Positions 27,550-36,731 of a stretch of DNA of 64,000 nucleotides are shown here, piece by piece (positions within the stretch are counted from its first letter, which is position 1; each line of letters starts with the position of its first letter). The stretch comes from Planctomycetia bacterium. GTDB taxonomy: Bacteria > Planctomycetota > UBA8108 > SXIK01. The translations under genes and the position numbers were made by a program. Under the pieces are notes generated by a model that did not search any database, was not told where the DNA came from, and saw only the letters and a program-made list of their open reading frames with translations. The DNA lies in the NCBI GenBank assembly GCA_005772855.1, contig SXIK01000158.1, positions 10,991 through 74,990 on the forward strand. The letters are read 5' to 3'.

Positions 27550-29107
27550 GGTGGATCGCCTTGATGGGGTCTCGTCGGGAGGCCCAGAAAGCCGGAATGA
27601 GGCTCGAGAAGAATCCAAGGAATAGTGGGGGAGCGATGCTAAGGAGCACGTCTCCTGACTGGAACGAGATGGGGATCCGATCCATGTGGTAGATCTCGGG
27701 TGGAAAGAGTCTCAAGCCGGTAACGCTGTGGATCCAGTCGTGGATGGGGTTGATGTACAGGCAAAAGAGGTAGCCGATCCCCAGCCCAAGGAGCGTACCC
27801 ACGCTGACAAGCAACAGGCCGTTGATGAGGAAAATTCGAACGACGCCGGACGGTGTGGCCCCCAGTGCGAGGAGTACCCCCATGTCGCGAGTTTTTTCGA
27901 TCACGGTCAACAGGAGCATGAGGAGCACCATGCACCCAGTGAAGCTCATGAGAAGGACGAGCAAGAAGTAGATCACAAATTTTTCAATCAGAACGGCGGT
28001 GAGAATGTTCCCCTTCAAGTCCTCCCATGTGATTACCCGGAGCCAGGGTGCCACTGGGAGAAGTATCGCTTCGAGCTCCTTTCTCGTGTCATTGACTCGG
28101 TCGAAATCGTCAACGGAAACGCGAATGCCCTCGTACCTGTACGAATTGGATCGCGCGTCGAAAAGCTCTAGCATGTTCTTCAGAAAATCAACATGCACGA
28201 AGATCGAGCGGGAGTCGAAGTCATAGTCCCCCGTCTTGAAGGCTCCGACGACAACGAAGCTTTCATGCGCAAATCGCTGCTCCATGGGGCCTTGCTGCTC
28301 GGGCTTCACAGTGCCTATTTCGACGACTTGTCCCAGAAACATTTTTCGCTCGATGAGGAACTGGACGCCCACGATCACGGCCGGCGGTACCGTATTGCCC
28401 AGGGCACGAAGGGTTCGGGGGTTATGTTCTTGCAGGATCTTGGCAGTGAACTCGGGCTCGAAAAAGCGTTCGAGCTCCCCCGGCTCAAGGGGTTTGCGGT
28501 TCTCCGAGCGCAGGATGGAATCGATGGAAACGACGGGCGATCGTGCCTTGGCCTTGTCGCCGTCGCCAGAGTCTTTACCCGTGGCCTCGATCTCGGGGAG
28601 AACTCGTTCGAGCTCTTCGGGTCTGAGCACGTAGCGCCCGATTTCAGAGACTTCGAGCTCCCGACGAGGATGGATTCCGCGGAGTTGGCAGGGGTTGAGC
28701 TGCCCGCTCTTGTACATGGCCAGAGTCTCAATGAAGGGTGCTGTGCCCCTGACGTTCTTGACGCTGCGAATCAGCTCCTCAAGCTGCAGGATGTGCGCCA
28801 CAGAAAATGGCGCCGATCCGTAGATTGTGAGGTGGGACTCCTGACCCCGGATCGTTTCCCGCAGGACGATGATATAACCGCCCATGATGCTGAGGACGAT
28901 CCAGATGACCGCTACCCCGAAGGTCACTGACAGGAGCGCCGCGATGGACGAAAAGCGTGACCGAAGGTACTTGAGGCTCAGGTGGAGCTCGTAATACGGG
29001 AAGAGCGGTGGTGACGATCGTGAGTGGGCCGCCATGGGAGGGCAGGATTGTCTATTCTGAACCCGAGCTTGTCGAGAAAAAGTAAATGACTTGGCGCATC
29101 GCGTCAT
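27542..29107 (-). CDS. ABC transporter permease, FtsX/LolC-E (MacB-like) family
   Basis: N-terminal TM, large periplasmic domain, C-terminal 3-TM FtsX domain. Conserved LKYLRSRFSS start region. 8-nt overlap with the upstream ATPase gene. Confidence 0.75.
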   Translation of the reverse strand: MTRCAKSFTFSRQARVQNRQSCPPMAAHSRSSPPLFPYYELHLSLKYLRSRFSSIAALLSVTFGVAVIWIVLSIMGGYIIVLRETIRGQESHLTIYGSAPFSVAHILQLEELIRSVKNVRGTAPFIETLAMYKSGQLNPCQLRGIHPRRELEVSEIGRYVLRPEELERVLPEIEATGKDSGDGDKAKARSPVVSIDSILRSENRKPLEPGELERFFEPEFTAKILQEHNPRTLRALGNTVPPAVIVGVQFLIERKMFLGQVVEIGTVKPEQQGPMEQRFAHESFVVVGAFKTGDYDFDSRSIFVHVDFLKNMLELFDARSNSYRYEGIRVSVDDFDRVNDTRKELEAILLPVAPWLRVITWEDLKGNILTAVLIEKFVIYFLLVLLMSFTGCMVLLMLLLTVIEKTRDMGVLLALGATPSGVVRIFLINGLLLVSVGTLLGLGIGYLFCLYINPIHDWIHSVTGLRLFPPEIYHMDRIPISFQSGDVLLSIAPPLFLGFFSSLIPAFWASRRDPIKAIHHA

Positions 29108-29145
29108 TCCCCGCGTAGCGTCTTTTCGAGTATCCTGGTCTTCTC

Positions 29146-29499
29146 ATGGACGAGAGATTACGACCCATTCAGCGTCTTCAGTGCCCTCTTGAGTTCAAGA
29201 CCGTATTTGAGAAAGGGGGCAGCTTCCGTTCGCCTTGTCTGCGGGTGCATTACCTTCGTAGCTGTCGTGAGGTCTCGAGGGTGGGCCTCGTGGTCACCCG
29301 ACGAATCGGCGGAGCTGTCGCTCGGAATCGCGTCAAACGTCTCTTGCGGGATGTGTTTCGCCGCAATCAGAGGCTTTTGCTCGAATCCTTCGACGTTGTC
29401 CTTGTTCCACAGGGAGGAGTGCGAAGCCATGCGGAGTACCTGGAGGCTTTCCTCAAATTTACCGTCAGGGTTGGTCAAGGAGCCTCGTGCGCTCGCTGA
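29146..29499 (+). CDS. rnpA: Ribonuclease P protein component
   Basis: [28 protein letters not shown] matches the RnpA RNR motif region. 117 aa. Confidence 0.85.
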   Translation: MDERLRPIQRLQCPLEFKTVFEKGGSFRSPCLRVHYLRSCREVSRVGLVVTRRIGGAVARNRVKRLLRDVFRRNQRLLLESFDVVLVPQGGVRSHAEYLEAFLKFTVRVGQGASCAR

Positions 29500-29717
29500 T
29501 CATGCTCCCGAAGCAAGGTATGGGGCTGCTCCTTCGCCTCTACAAGCAGGGCGTCTCCCCACTCTTGCCGGGGGCTTGTCGCTATCGTCCGACCTGTTCG
29601 GAATACTGTGCCGAGGCCGTTCACCGTCATGGCGCCATCAAGGGATCCTGGTTGGGGGTGAGGAGAATCTGCCGGTGTCACCCCCTCGGGGGGAGTGGCT
29701 TCGATCCTGTTCCTTGA
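29487..29717 (+). CDS. yidD: Membrane protein insertion efficiency factor YidD
   Basis: [19 protein letters not shown]...[17 protein letters not shown] matches the YidD/DUF37 signature. 13-nt overlap with rnpA. Confidence 0.85.
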   Translation: MRSLIMLPKQGMGLLLRLYKQGVSPLLPGACRYRPTCSEYCAEAVHRHGAIKGSWLGVRRICRCHPLGGSGFDPVP

Positions 29718-29805
29718 TAGTGTGAGCGATAGTCGACCCCGCTTCCCCCACCATCAAGGAAACTCAGAGTCTGAGTGATTGTTGCTCAGATGGCTCTGAG
29801 GTCTG

Positions 29806-31647
29806 CTACCACCGGACGGGGTTGTCCACCTGGGCGAAAAGCGTGGTGAGCTCTTTTGCGGCGCAGGTGACTCGGTTGAGGTCTTTCTCCATGAGGAGGT
29901 TGTCCGTTGCGCGTTCGAGGGGCTCGAGGATCGTCCTGCGCAGGGTCGTCTCCATGGCCTTTTCCCGCAAAAGTTTGAACGACTTTCGTCCACGGAGGCG
30001 CCAGGCGATCAGGCCAGCAATCAGATAGGCTCCCAGCAAGTATCCGGCAGAGAAGTAGATCCACTTGAGTGGCTGGAGGAACACGAAGAAGCCACCTCCC
30101 GGGGGCAGTGCCCACGCCAGGAATGCTCCGAGTCCGACCTTCGTCGCAATGGCGCCCACCGCGACCCAGCGAGTCCTGAGAGTATTTTTCTGAATCCATT
30201 GCTCGGTTTCGGAAAGAATCTCTGCCCCTGTCCTCGTCGCTGCCTTCAGGGTTTCGAGGTGCGTGCTCCTGGCCAAGAGAGCGAAACTTGCGGCCGCTTG
30301 TGGCGTGAAGTGAACGCGAACAAGCTCACTGGCGAGGGCCGAGATTTCCGAGCGACCGCGCACGAAGCTTTCCAACTTGACTCTCAGGGGCTCGAGCGCC
30401 CGAAGGACGCACTCCGTATCGGCGAGGTCGCGAGCCCTGGCATAATCCCTGAGCGCCGAGTCCGTGGCCTCAAGCGTGCCCTGATCGCTGCGAGAGAGCC
30501 GGACCATGACACGGCGTATGGTGTCATTTAGCCTTCTGATGGAGGTGCCGACAAGTGACAATGTCTTGCTCGATCGCTCGACGTGGGGGTCAAGTGACAA
30601 GTAAGGCCCCACCTCCGTGATCCTGAGCATACGCCGAATTGCCAGGGTCTCCTCGGGAAGCGCGAGCTGGAAAGAAGCACTGTACGCCGCCTTCGACTCT
30701 CGTGCAGACGTCTCCACCAGTTTCTTCAGCTCTCGTTGGAAGGCTGCCTCTGCCGAGTAGATCGAGACTGCCGCCTCGGCCAGCTCCGTCGACTTTCGGA
30801 TGGTCCTTGTCACCACGCGCCTCTTGAGCTGCTTGTTTTCGAGGGTTATCAGGCGCTCCAGAATTTGAGACTCAAGCGAAGCCCGCATTTCCTCCTCGGG
30901 GTGCCGCGCGCCGGAGGTGGAGACCTGAATGGCTGTCAGTGTTTCGGCTCCGGGGCCAACGGCCTGGCGAAGATCGTCGAGTATCGTATCGAGGACGATC
31001 TGCTCGTCGACCCTGTTGAAGACAAGTACCACTTCACCCTTCAGCTCCAGCAGTCGCTGGAGTCGGGAGACGAGGAGGCGATCACGATATTTTTGGGCCG
31101 TGGTCACAAAGAGGGTGACGTCCGAGATCGCCGCTATGCGCTCTGCGCCATCGAGGCTTGTCAGGAGCGCGCCGTCGAAGTCGGGCGAGTCGATCAGTGC
31201 CAGTGCTTCGAGGCGAGCTTCGTTGTGGAAGCGGAAGTACAGCACGTCGGAACGAGCTGCATTCGTGATGAGCTGGTTGGGGTCTTGCAGTTCCTCGGAG
31301 GTTAGATGGGGAAAGAGGTTGCCCCCCAGGAATCGAGACCGCCATCGCTCGTGCAGGTACACCAGCGGATGTTTGGTCGCCGATGCCACGACGATCGCAG
31401 GGGAAAGGATCCTGCCAGCCAGCGCATTGAATATTGTGGATTTTCCAACGTTGGTCCCTCCCTGGATCCCGACAAAGAGAGGAAGCCCCAAGTCGGCGAG
31501 CAGCTCCGGGAGCACCTTCGACTCCAGGAGAAGGATCGCGTCAGCTCTTGGATCGGGTCCGACTTTCTTGAGCGGGCGGAGGCTTTCCAGGGCTGCGAGC
31601 AGCGCCTCAGTCGGCTTGAGAAACGGCAGGGTGGAGGGGGTTGTCAC
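29806..31647 (-). CDS. Membrane-associated dynamin-like / large GTPase
   Basis: G1 GGTNVGKST, G3 DSPDFDG, G4-like NRVD. Long coiled/helical middle. Two C-terminal TM helices followed by a short tail. 613 aa. Confidence 0.65.
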   Translation of the reverse strand: MTTPSTLPFLKPTEALLAALESLRPLKKVGPDPRADAILLLESKVLPELLADLGLPLFVGIQGGTNVGKSTIFNALAGRILSPAIVVASATKHPLVYLHERWRSRFLGGNLFPHLTSEELQDPNQLITNAARSDVLYFRFHNEARLEALALIDSPDFDGALLTSLDGAERIAAISDVTLFVTTAQKYRDRLLVSRLQRLLELKGEVVLVFNRVDEQIVLDTILDDLRQAVGPGAETLTAIQVSTSGARHPEEEMRASLESQILERLITLENKQLKRRVVTRTIRKSTELAEAAVSIYSAEAAFQRELKKLVETSARESKAAYSASFQLALPEETLAIRRMLRITEVGPYLSLDPHVERSSKTLSLVGTSIRRLNDTIRRVMVRLSRSDQGTLEATDSALRDYARARDLADTECVLRALEPLRVKLESFVRGRSEISALASELVRVHFTPQAAASFALLARSTHLETLKAATRTGAEILSETEQWIQKNTLRTRWVAVGAIATKVGLGAFLAWALPPGGGFFVFLQPLKWIYFSAGYLLGAYLIAGLIAWRLRGRKSFKLLREKAMETTLRRTILEPLERATDNLLMEKDLNRVTCAAKELTTLFAQVDNPVRW

Positions 31648-31768
31648 ACGGGTCGATTCGTTGCTTTACCTGAATATCGGCTCTTTACACTGTATAAAAC
31701 ATTAAAGTTTGCAGGCCAAAAGCGCTGATCATCAGTCGGCAAACCAGGGGAAGCCTTTCGAGTTAGAT

Positions 31769-32032
31769 ATGGAAGTCCAAAAAGAGCGCTTGATTCCGAA
31801 AAAGCTTTTCAAGATCGGGGAGATCATGCTCCACACCGGGCTCTCCCGGCAGACGATTCACAATTACACGATGCTGGGCCTTCTCACAGAAGAGGAACGT
31901 ACGCAGGCAGGGCACCGTCTTTACGGCGAGGAGGTCTTCGAGCGAATCGCCCGCATCAAGGAGCTCCGGGTAAAGAAGAGCCTCAAGGAGATCCAGCAGA
32001 TCCTCAAGAGCGAGAAGGAGCCCTCGAGCTGA
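31769..32032 (+). CDS. MerR-family HTH-only transcriptional regulator (about 87 aa)
   Basis: KLFKIGEIMLHTGLSRQTIHNYTMLGLL is a MerR-type HTH. No effector domain. Divergent from the GTPase gene with an AT-rich 120-bp spacer. Confidence 0.7.
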   Translation: MEVQKERLIPKKLFKIGEIMLHTGLSRQTIHNYTMLGLLTEEERTQAGHRLYGEEVFERIARIKELRVKKSLKEIQQILKSEKEPSS

Positions 32033-32084
32033 ATCTCCCGGCGCAGAATGGCCACGAGTAGGAGCCCCTGGCAGTGTCGCACGG

Positions 32085-33305
32085 GTGATCAGCTCCATGA
32101 ACAAGGACTTGGGTATCCGGAAAATTGAACCGGGCCTCCACGCAAGGGGCGGTGGAGCACTGAGGCCGCTGTTTCTTTGTGGGCTTCTGTTGTTTCTCCT
32201 CTGGCGCCTCCATCACTTGCACCAGGACTCCTATAGCCGCAGTCCGGCTGAGAATGGAGAACCGGCACGGCTGCAGGAGTCGTCGCGCTCCGGGGCCCTC
32301 GAAGCCTTCGAGGTTCGGGGAGAGCAGGGTTCCTTCCCGGAGGGCTCAAGGTTCTGGCTTGCGTCGGATGCGGTGGAAGTTGTGCGTGGGGCCCGAGCTT
32401 TCATTGGACTTCGAGATCCGCTCGGCACCTTGAACGCCTTGCAGGCCTTGTTGGCTCCATTTTCGCCGATCGCGGGCCAGGCCCCTGGTCCCATCGTCGA
32501 AGAGGCTCTTCTCCTCAGGGCGCTGGCTCGACTGGAGCTGAGCGCGTCGCAAGCTGAGGCGGCGGATGATGCCGCGAGCCTCGCGCATCTCGCCGAGAAG
32601 GATCTTCAGTTTCTTGTCAAGAATCTCACCCCGGCTTCCGACGTGTGTCAGGCCGCGCTCTACCTGCAGGCTCTCTGGCTCGAGAAGGGAGCGCTGGAGC
32701 GCGTTGCCTTTCGTCGCCCACTTTCTCGGGGGCCATCGGGAGACCCTGTTGCCGCTCTCGAATCTGCTATTGCGAGTCTTGAAAAAGTTAGATCTTGCGA
32801 CGATCTTGAGGTGCCTGTGTGGGTCGTGGTATCGGACCGACTGACGCGCATTCTGGAGCGGCTCGGGCGTCTGGACGCCGCCCGTACCCTGGTGCAATCG
32901 ATCGAATCCCTTGATCCGCAGTCGATCAAGTCCTCGGGGAGACTCTCGCCGCTCCACGAACTCCTCGGGCTCGGGCCCAATTCCGCACTTCGGATCCATT
33001 CGGAGGCGCCGTTTCGAAAGGCTGACTTGGCCTATTTTTCCGGTGATCTCTGCGGGGCACTTCATGGCTACGAGCGAGCGATCCTGCAGTCGAAGTCTCC
33101 AGAGCTTCTGCCCTGGGGTCACCTCCAGAAGGCCAGCGTGTTTCGACTCCTGGGCGACGGCCGCGGGAGCTTCGAGGCTCTCGGGTCTGCGCGCTCCGCC
33201 TTGAGCGGGCTTCAGCCTCGACCCGGCTTGGGCCCGCTCGCAGCGCGGAGCCTCTCAAGCTGGAAGAGCAGGCTCCATAAACGAATTGAAGCTCTCGATT
33301 TCTGA
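32085..33305 (+). CDS. Hypothetical protein (N-terminal TM, helical-repeat-like)
   Basis: 406-aa ORF with N-terminal hydrophobic helix (LFLCGLLLFLLW) and Leu/Ala-rich helical body. No diagnostic motif. Confidence 0.45.
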   Translation: MISSMNKDLGIRKIEPGLHARGGGALRPLFLCGLLLFLLWRLHHLHQDSYSRSPAENGEPARLQESSRSGALEAFEVRGEQGSFPEGSRFWLASDAVEVVRGARAFIGLRDPLGTLNALQALLAPFSPIAGQAPGPIVEEALLLRALARLELSASQAEAADDAASLAHLAEKDLQFLVKNLTPASDVCQAALYLQALWLEKGALERVAFRRPLSRGPSGDPVAALESAIASLEKVRSCDDLEVPVWVVVSDRLTRILERLGRLDAARTLVQSIESLDPQSIKSSGRLSPLHELLGLGPNSALRIHSEAPFRKADLAYFSGDLCGALHGYERAILQSKSPELLPWGHLQKASVFRLLGDGRGSFEALGSARSALSGLQPRPGLGPLAARSLSSWKSRLHKRIEALDF

Positions 33306-33821
33306 AGCGTCGGGGGGCTCCAGGGCCAAAGCCTTCAGGCGTCTTTCGTGGGGCAACTCTCAATTTCCGGAACTTGTGTAGTTTGTGCTTTACAATGTGG
33401 ATGTTATAGGCTAAATTTCCACCGCTTCCTGCAGAGGAGCCGACGAGAGGACGGTGTTCTCTCTCAGGCGCCCTTGGAGGGCGAGGCCAGATGAGTTCGC
33501 TCAAATTGTCTCGCTTTGAGGTGAAGAGAACCTCTGAGAAGGAAGCTCACTGTAAGTCCTGGAAACGGGAAATCCGGAACCCAAGGTGATGGTACATCGA
33601 AGGGAAAAGGAATCTAGTGAAGAAGGGGGATGGTTTCGGTTCAGCCGCAGTCGTCCCATAACTAGTTCCTTTCCCTTTTTTTTGTCTCCCCGCGCCGTGA
33701 ACGCTGTTAACGAACCCTTGGTCTTGTTGCCAGGGTGGTGTGTAGAGTGATCGGGCGCGAGGTTCGACGACGATGACCGAGACCACGACTGGACGGCTGA
33801 CCCGGACGATGCCCGGGACAG

Positions 33822-35549
33822 GTGCCGGGGCGATGGTTGGGTCGTCAGGGAGAGGAAAGCTTGAAGAAAGTGGTGAAGAGAGCAGCCGGAAGCCTGCGTG
33901 CCGCCAGAGAGCTTTACCGGAAGCTCGGTCGGATTGAAAGACTCTCTCTGATTTTGGCGGCGGTCATTGTTGGCCTTGCAGTCGCAGTTCTGACAGGGCT
34001 TGAAGGGACGGCAAGTTACCGCCAGGTGGTGATCGGCGATGACGCCGAGAACGGCATGGACTTGCAACGTCAGGCCTCGCGTCTCCAGGAGGCAGGGATC
34101 GATTGGCGGGAGGCGCGCACGTCCACCGGCGCGCGAGCGCTTGAGGTCCCCGAGTCCGCTCATGCAAAGGCGTTGAGGGCTCTCGATCTTGAGACCCCTC
34201 GCCGGTCTCTCGACGCGGGATCAGAGCCGTTGGACAGGGGGAGCTTCCTTGAGACTCCCGATCGCCTCGAGGCGCGCCTTCGCGACGCCAACCGCAAGAA
34301 AATCGAGCAAGCAATCCTGTGGAACGGAAATATCCGTACCGCAACGATTGCCCTTTCTTCGAGCCGTCGAGCGTCGATTCTCGCCCAGTCGCGGGACGTC
34401 GGTGATTCCGCCGCTGTGGCGCTTTTCCTGCGGCCGGGTGTCCCCAGCCTTCGGCGGCAGGAGGCTGACGGCATCCGCGAGATGGTTCGGTGCGCTTTCG
34501 GGATTCGACTGGAGCGTATCTCGATCAGCGACAATCTCTTCAATCGTTACGAAGTCGCGAAAGCATCGGACGGTTCGGGCCTGATCCTCGAGAAGGAGGA
34601 TCATCTGCGGAGCTTGCTGAAGGAGGAGATCCAGAGGCTCTATGGCAAGCTCTTCGAGGACCATGAGTTCTACGTGGGTCTCATGGTTTCGCTGTCACCT
34701 CAAAGCTCGTCCATCGAAAAGAAGGCAGTGCAGCGTCATAACTCTTTTCTTCTCGAGACGAAGAGCACGGTTGAGCGCGTGGCAGAGGATGTGCCCGGAG
34801 GGATCCTCTCCGCGGGTGCGCCCCCCATCCTTCTTCGAGAGACAGTGGAGTCGATACCTTTTGACAGCTTCGAGAAGACCTTGACCGACGTTCCTCCCGG
34901 CGAGCTGATCGGAGTGAGCGTCATGATTCACTTCGACCTTGACGCGGTGGAGCGAGTGGAATCGGCGCGGCGGGAGTCATCCAGAAATAACCCTCCTGTA
35001 CCCGCGTTGCTTCCAGGCGAGCGCGAGGCCGTGGTGCAGGTCTTCGCAGCCAGGGAAGAAGACGCAATCCGGGGCTTGCTGTCGACGCATGGGAGCGTCC
35101 AGGTTTCTGTGATGGTGCATCCTTTCAGGAAGCCTCCGGCCGACCCTCCTTCCGACGCGACCCAGATTGCTACGCTCGAACCCGCGCCATTTCTGTCACT
35201 GGCGAGCTCCTGGGCCCTTCGCTGGTGGCGTCCTCTCGCCATCCTGGGCGCCTTGCTGATTTTCGGAGCGGTTGTTCGGGCTCTCGCCAGAAAGCGCAGC
35301 GCAGCCTCGAGCGTGGAAGCGTGGGCGGCGTCCCCCGCGACGGCGGGCGTGGAAGGCTCGGGTGGAGCCGCCGAGCCGGAATGGAATCTATCGCGCTCCC
35401 ATCGTCCTGGCGAGCGCCTCGGCGTTCTTGGTGGGGTTGCGGACATCAACTCGGCCGTACGCGAACGTCCCGAGGTTGCTGCCAGCGTCTTGCGGCTCTG
35501 GCTTGCGCAGGACTCCGACGAGATGAAGGAGGAGCTGGCGCGAGCATGA
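33822..35549 (+). CDS. fliF: Flagellar M-ring protein FliF
   Basis: N-terminal TM, YRQVVIGDDAENGMDLQRQASRLQEAGIDWRE (FliF N-terminal motif), RLEARLRDANRKKIEQAILWNGNIRTATIAL (compare QRALEGELARTIetlgpVksARVHLA), C-terminal TM. Confidence 0.85.
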   Translation: MPGRWLGRQGEESLKKVVKRAAGSLRAARELYRKLGRIERLSLILAAVIVGLAVAVLTGLEGTASYRQVVIGDDAENGMDLQRQASRLQEAGIDWREARTSTGARALEVPESAHAKALRALDLETPRRSLDAGSEPLDRGSFLETPDRLEARLRDANRKKIEQAILWNGNIRTATIALSSSRRASILAQSRDVGDSAAVALFLRPGVPSLRRQEADGIREMVRCAFGIRLERISISDNLFNRYEVAKASDGSGLILEKEDHLRSLLKEEIQRLYGKLFEDHEFYVGLMVSLSPQSSSIEKKAVQRHNSFLLETKSTVERVAEDVPGGILSAGAPPILLRETVESIPFDSFEKTLTDVPPGELIGVSVMIHFDLDAVERVESARRESSRNNPPVPALLPGEREAVVQVFAAREEDAIRGLLSTHGSVQVSVMVHPFRKPPADPPSDATQIATLEPAPFLSLASSWALRWWRPLAILGALLIFGAVVRALARKRSAASSVEAWAASPATAGVEGSGGAAEPEWNLSRSHRPGERLGVLGGVADINSAVRERPEVAASVLRLWLAQDSDEMKEELARA

Positions 35550-36718
35550 ACGGCGACGCCACCCTGGAGCGAGATCTGGACCTCGAAGAGTCCCTTGGGC
35601 CGGAGGATACCACGGCGGCTGATCCCCGGGCTTCCGCCGAAGCGCCGCCGGGTCCGTCGTCGACACCTCTCTGGCAGTCTCCCCCTGCGTCGCCCTGTCC
35701 GGCTCACTCGGGAGTTGGCGGGCTTTCGGGCCTCAAGAAGGCTGCGGTTTTTGTGCTCTCGCTCGACGAGGAAGTGGCCTCGGCCCTCCTGCGCTGCCTC
35801 ACGGATGCCGAGTTGGGCCAGATCACATCCGAAATCGCCAATCTCGGCGTGGTGGACAAGGAAGCTGTTTCGAGCGTAATCCGCGAGTTCTCCAAGCTGG
35901 AGCGTCTCCACAGCATGGTTCGGGAGGGCGGCCTGGAAAATGCAATGCGGCTTGTCGAGCGAACCTTTCCCGGGGAAAAGGCCCGGCGAATCGGGCAGCT
36001 CCTTGCTTCCCATCGTCCACAGTATCCCTTTTCCTTCCTGGAGGAGGTGGAGCCCGAGACCTTGCTCGCCTGTCTTGTGGACGAGCACCCGCAAACACTC
36101 ACCGTCATCTTGGCCCACATGAGCCCCTCGAGCGCAGCGGAGATTGTGGAACGGCTTCCTCTGTCGCAGAGGCGTGACGTGCTGGAGCGTATCGCGCGCC
36201 TCGAAGGCGCGAACACTGAGGCGCTTCAGAGCCTGGAGCTTTCGCTCCGCAAGCAGATCGAAGCGGCACGTTTCGAATCGTTCGGAGAGTCCGCCGGGGT
36301 GAAGGCGGCCGCAGACATTCTGCGTGCGGCGGCCGGCGGAGGAACTTCCATTCTCGATGACCTCCGGGAGGGAAGGCCCGACCTTGCCGAGGAGATCGGA
36401 AAGCACTTGTTTGTGTTTGAGGATCTTGCCCACGTGGATGGCCGCGCCTTGCAAGTCATCCTCAAGGAAGTGGATTCTCGCCGCCTTGCCTTGGCGCTCA
36501 AGAATGCTCCTGACAGTCTTGTGGAGAAGGTCCTCAACAATCTTTCCCGGCGCGCCGCCGAAATGCTCAGAGAGGAAATGAGCTGCCTTGGGCCCGTGAG
36601 GTTTGTTGAGCTGGAGGCAGCCCGGCGGGCGATTCTGGAAGCGGCCTTGCGGCTTGAATCCTCGGGACAGCTCTACATCTCGGGACGCGGGCGAGAGGAG
36701 AACCGTCTTGTCTATTGA
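35546..36718 (+). CDS. fliG: Flagellar motor switch protein FliG (with about 110-aa Pro/Ser-rich N-terminal extension)
   Basis: ATGA overlap with fliF stop. KAAVFVLSLDEEVASALLRCLTDAEL and the rest match FliG N/M/C domains. Confidence 0.85.
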   Translation: MNGDATLERDLDLEESLGPEDTTAADPRASAEAPPGPSSTPLWQSPPASPCPAHSGVGGLSGLKKAAVFVLSLDEEVASALLRCLTDAELGQITSEIANLGVVDKEAVSSVIREFSKLERLHSMVREGGLENAMRLVERTFPGEKARRIGQLLASHRPQYPFSFLEEVEPETLLACLVDEHPQTLTVILAHMSPSSAAEIVERLPLSQRRDVLERIARLEGANTEALQSLELSLRKQIEAARFESFGESAGVKAAADILRAAAGGGTSILDDLREGRPDLAEEIGKHLFVFEDLAHVDGRALQVILKEVDSRRLALALKNAPDSLVEKVLNNLSRRAAEMLREEMSCLGPVRFVELEAARRAILEAALRLESSGQLYISGRGREENRLVY

Positions 36719-36731
36719 TCCCGAAAAGAGC

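Noticed and set aside
29108-29145. Expected rpmH (L34) upstream of rnpA
   Set aside because: The gap is only 38 nt. No Lys/Arg-rich 44-aa ORF is present.
33501-34163. 220-aa minus-strand ORF in the fliF upstream region and fliF 5' end
   Set aside because: It is antisense to fliF and to the regulatory region. There is no homology and the sequence is low complexity.
35225-35545. Upstream part of track ORF 35225-36718 (would give FliG a 107-aa longer N-terminus overlapping fliF)
   Set aside because: It overlaps the fliF 3' end in another frame. The ATG at 35546 forms an ATGA overlap with the fliF stop, typical of coupled flagellar genes.
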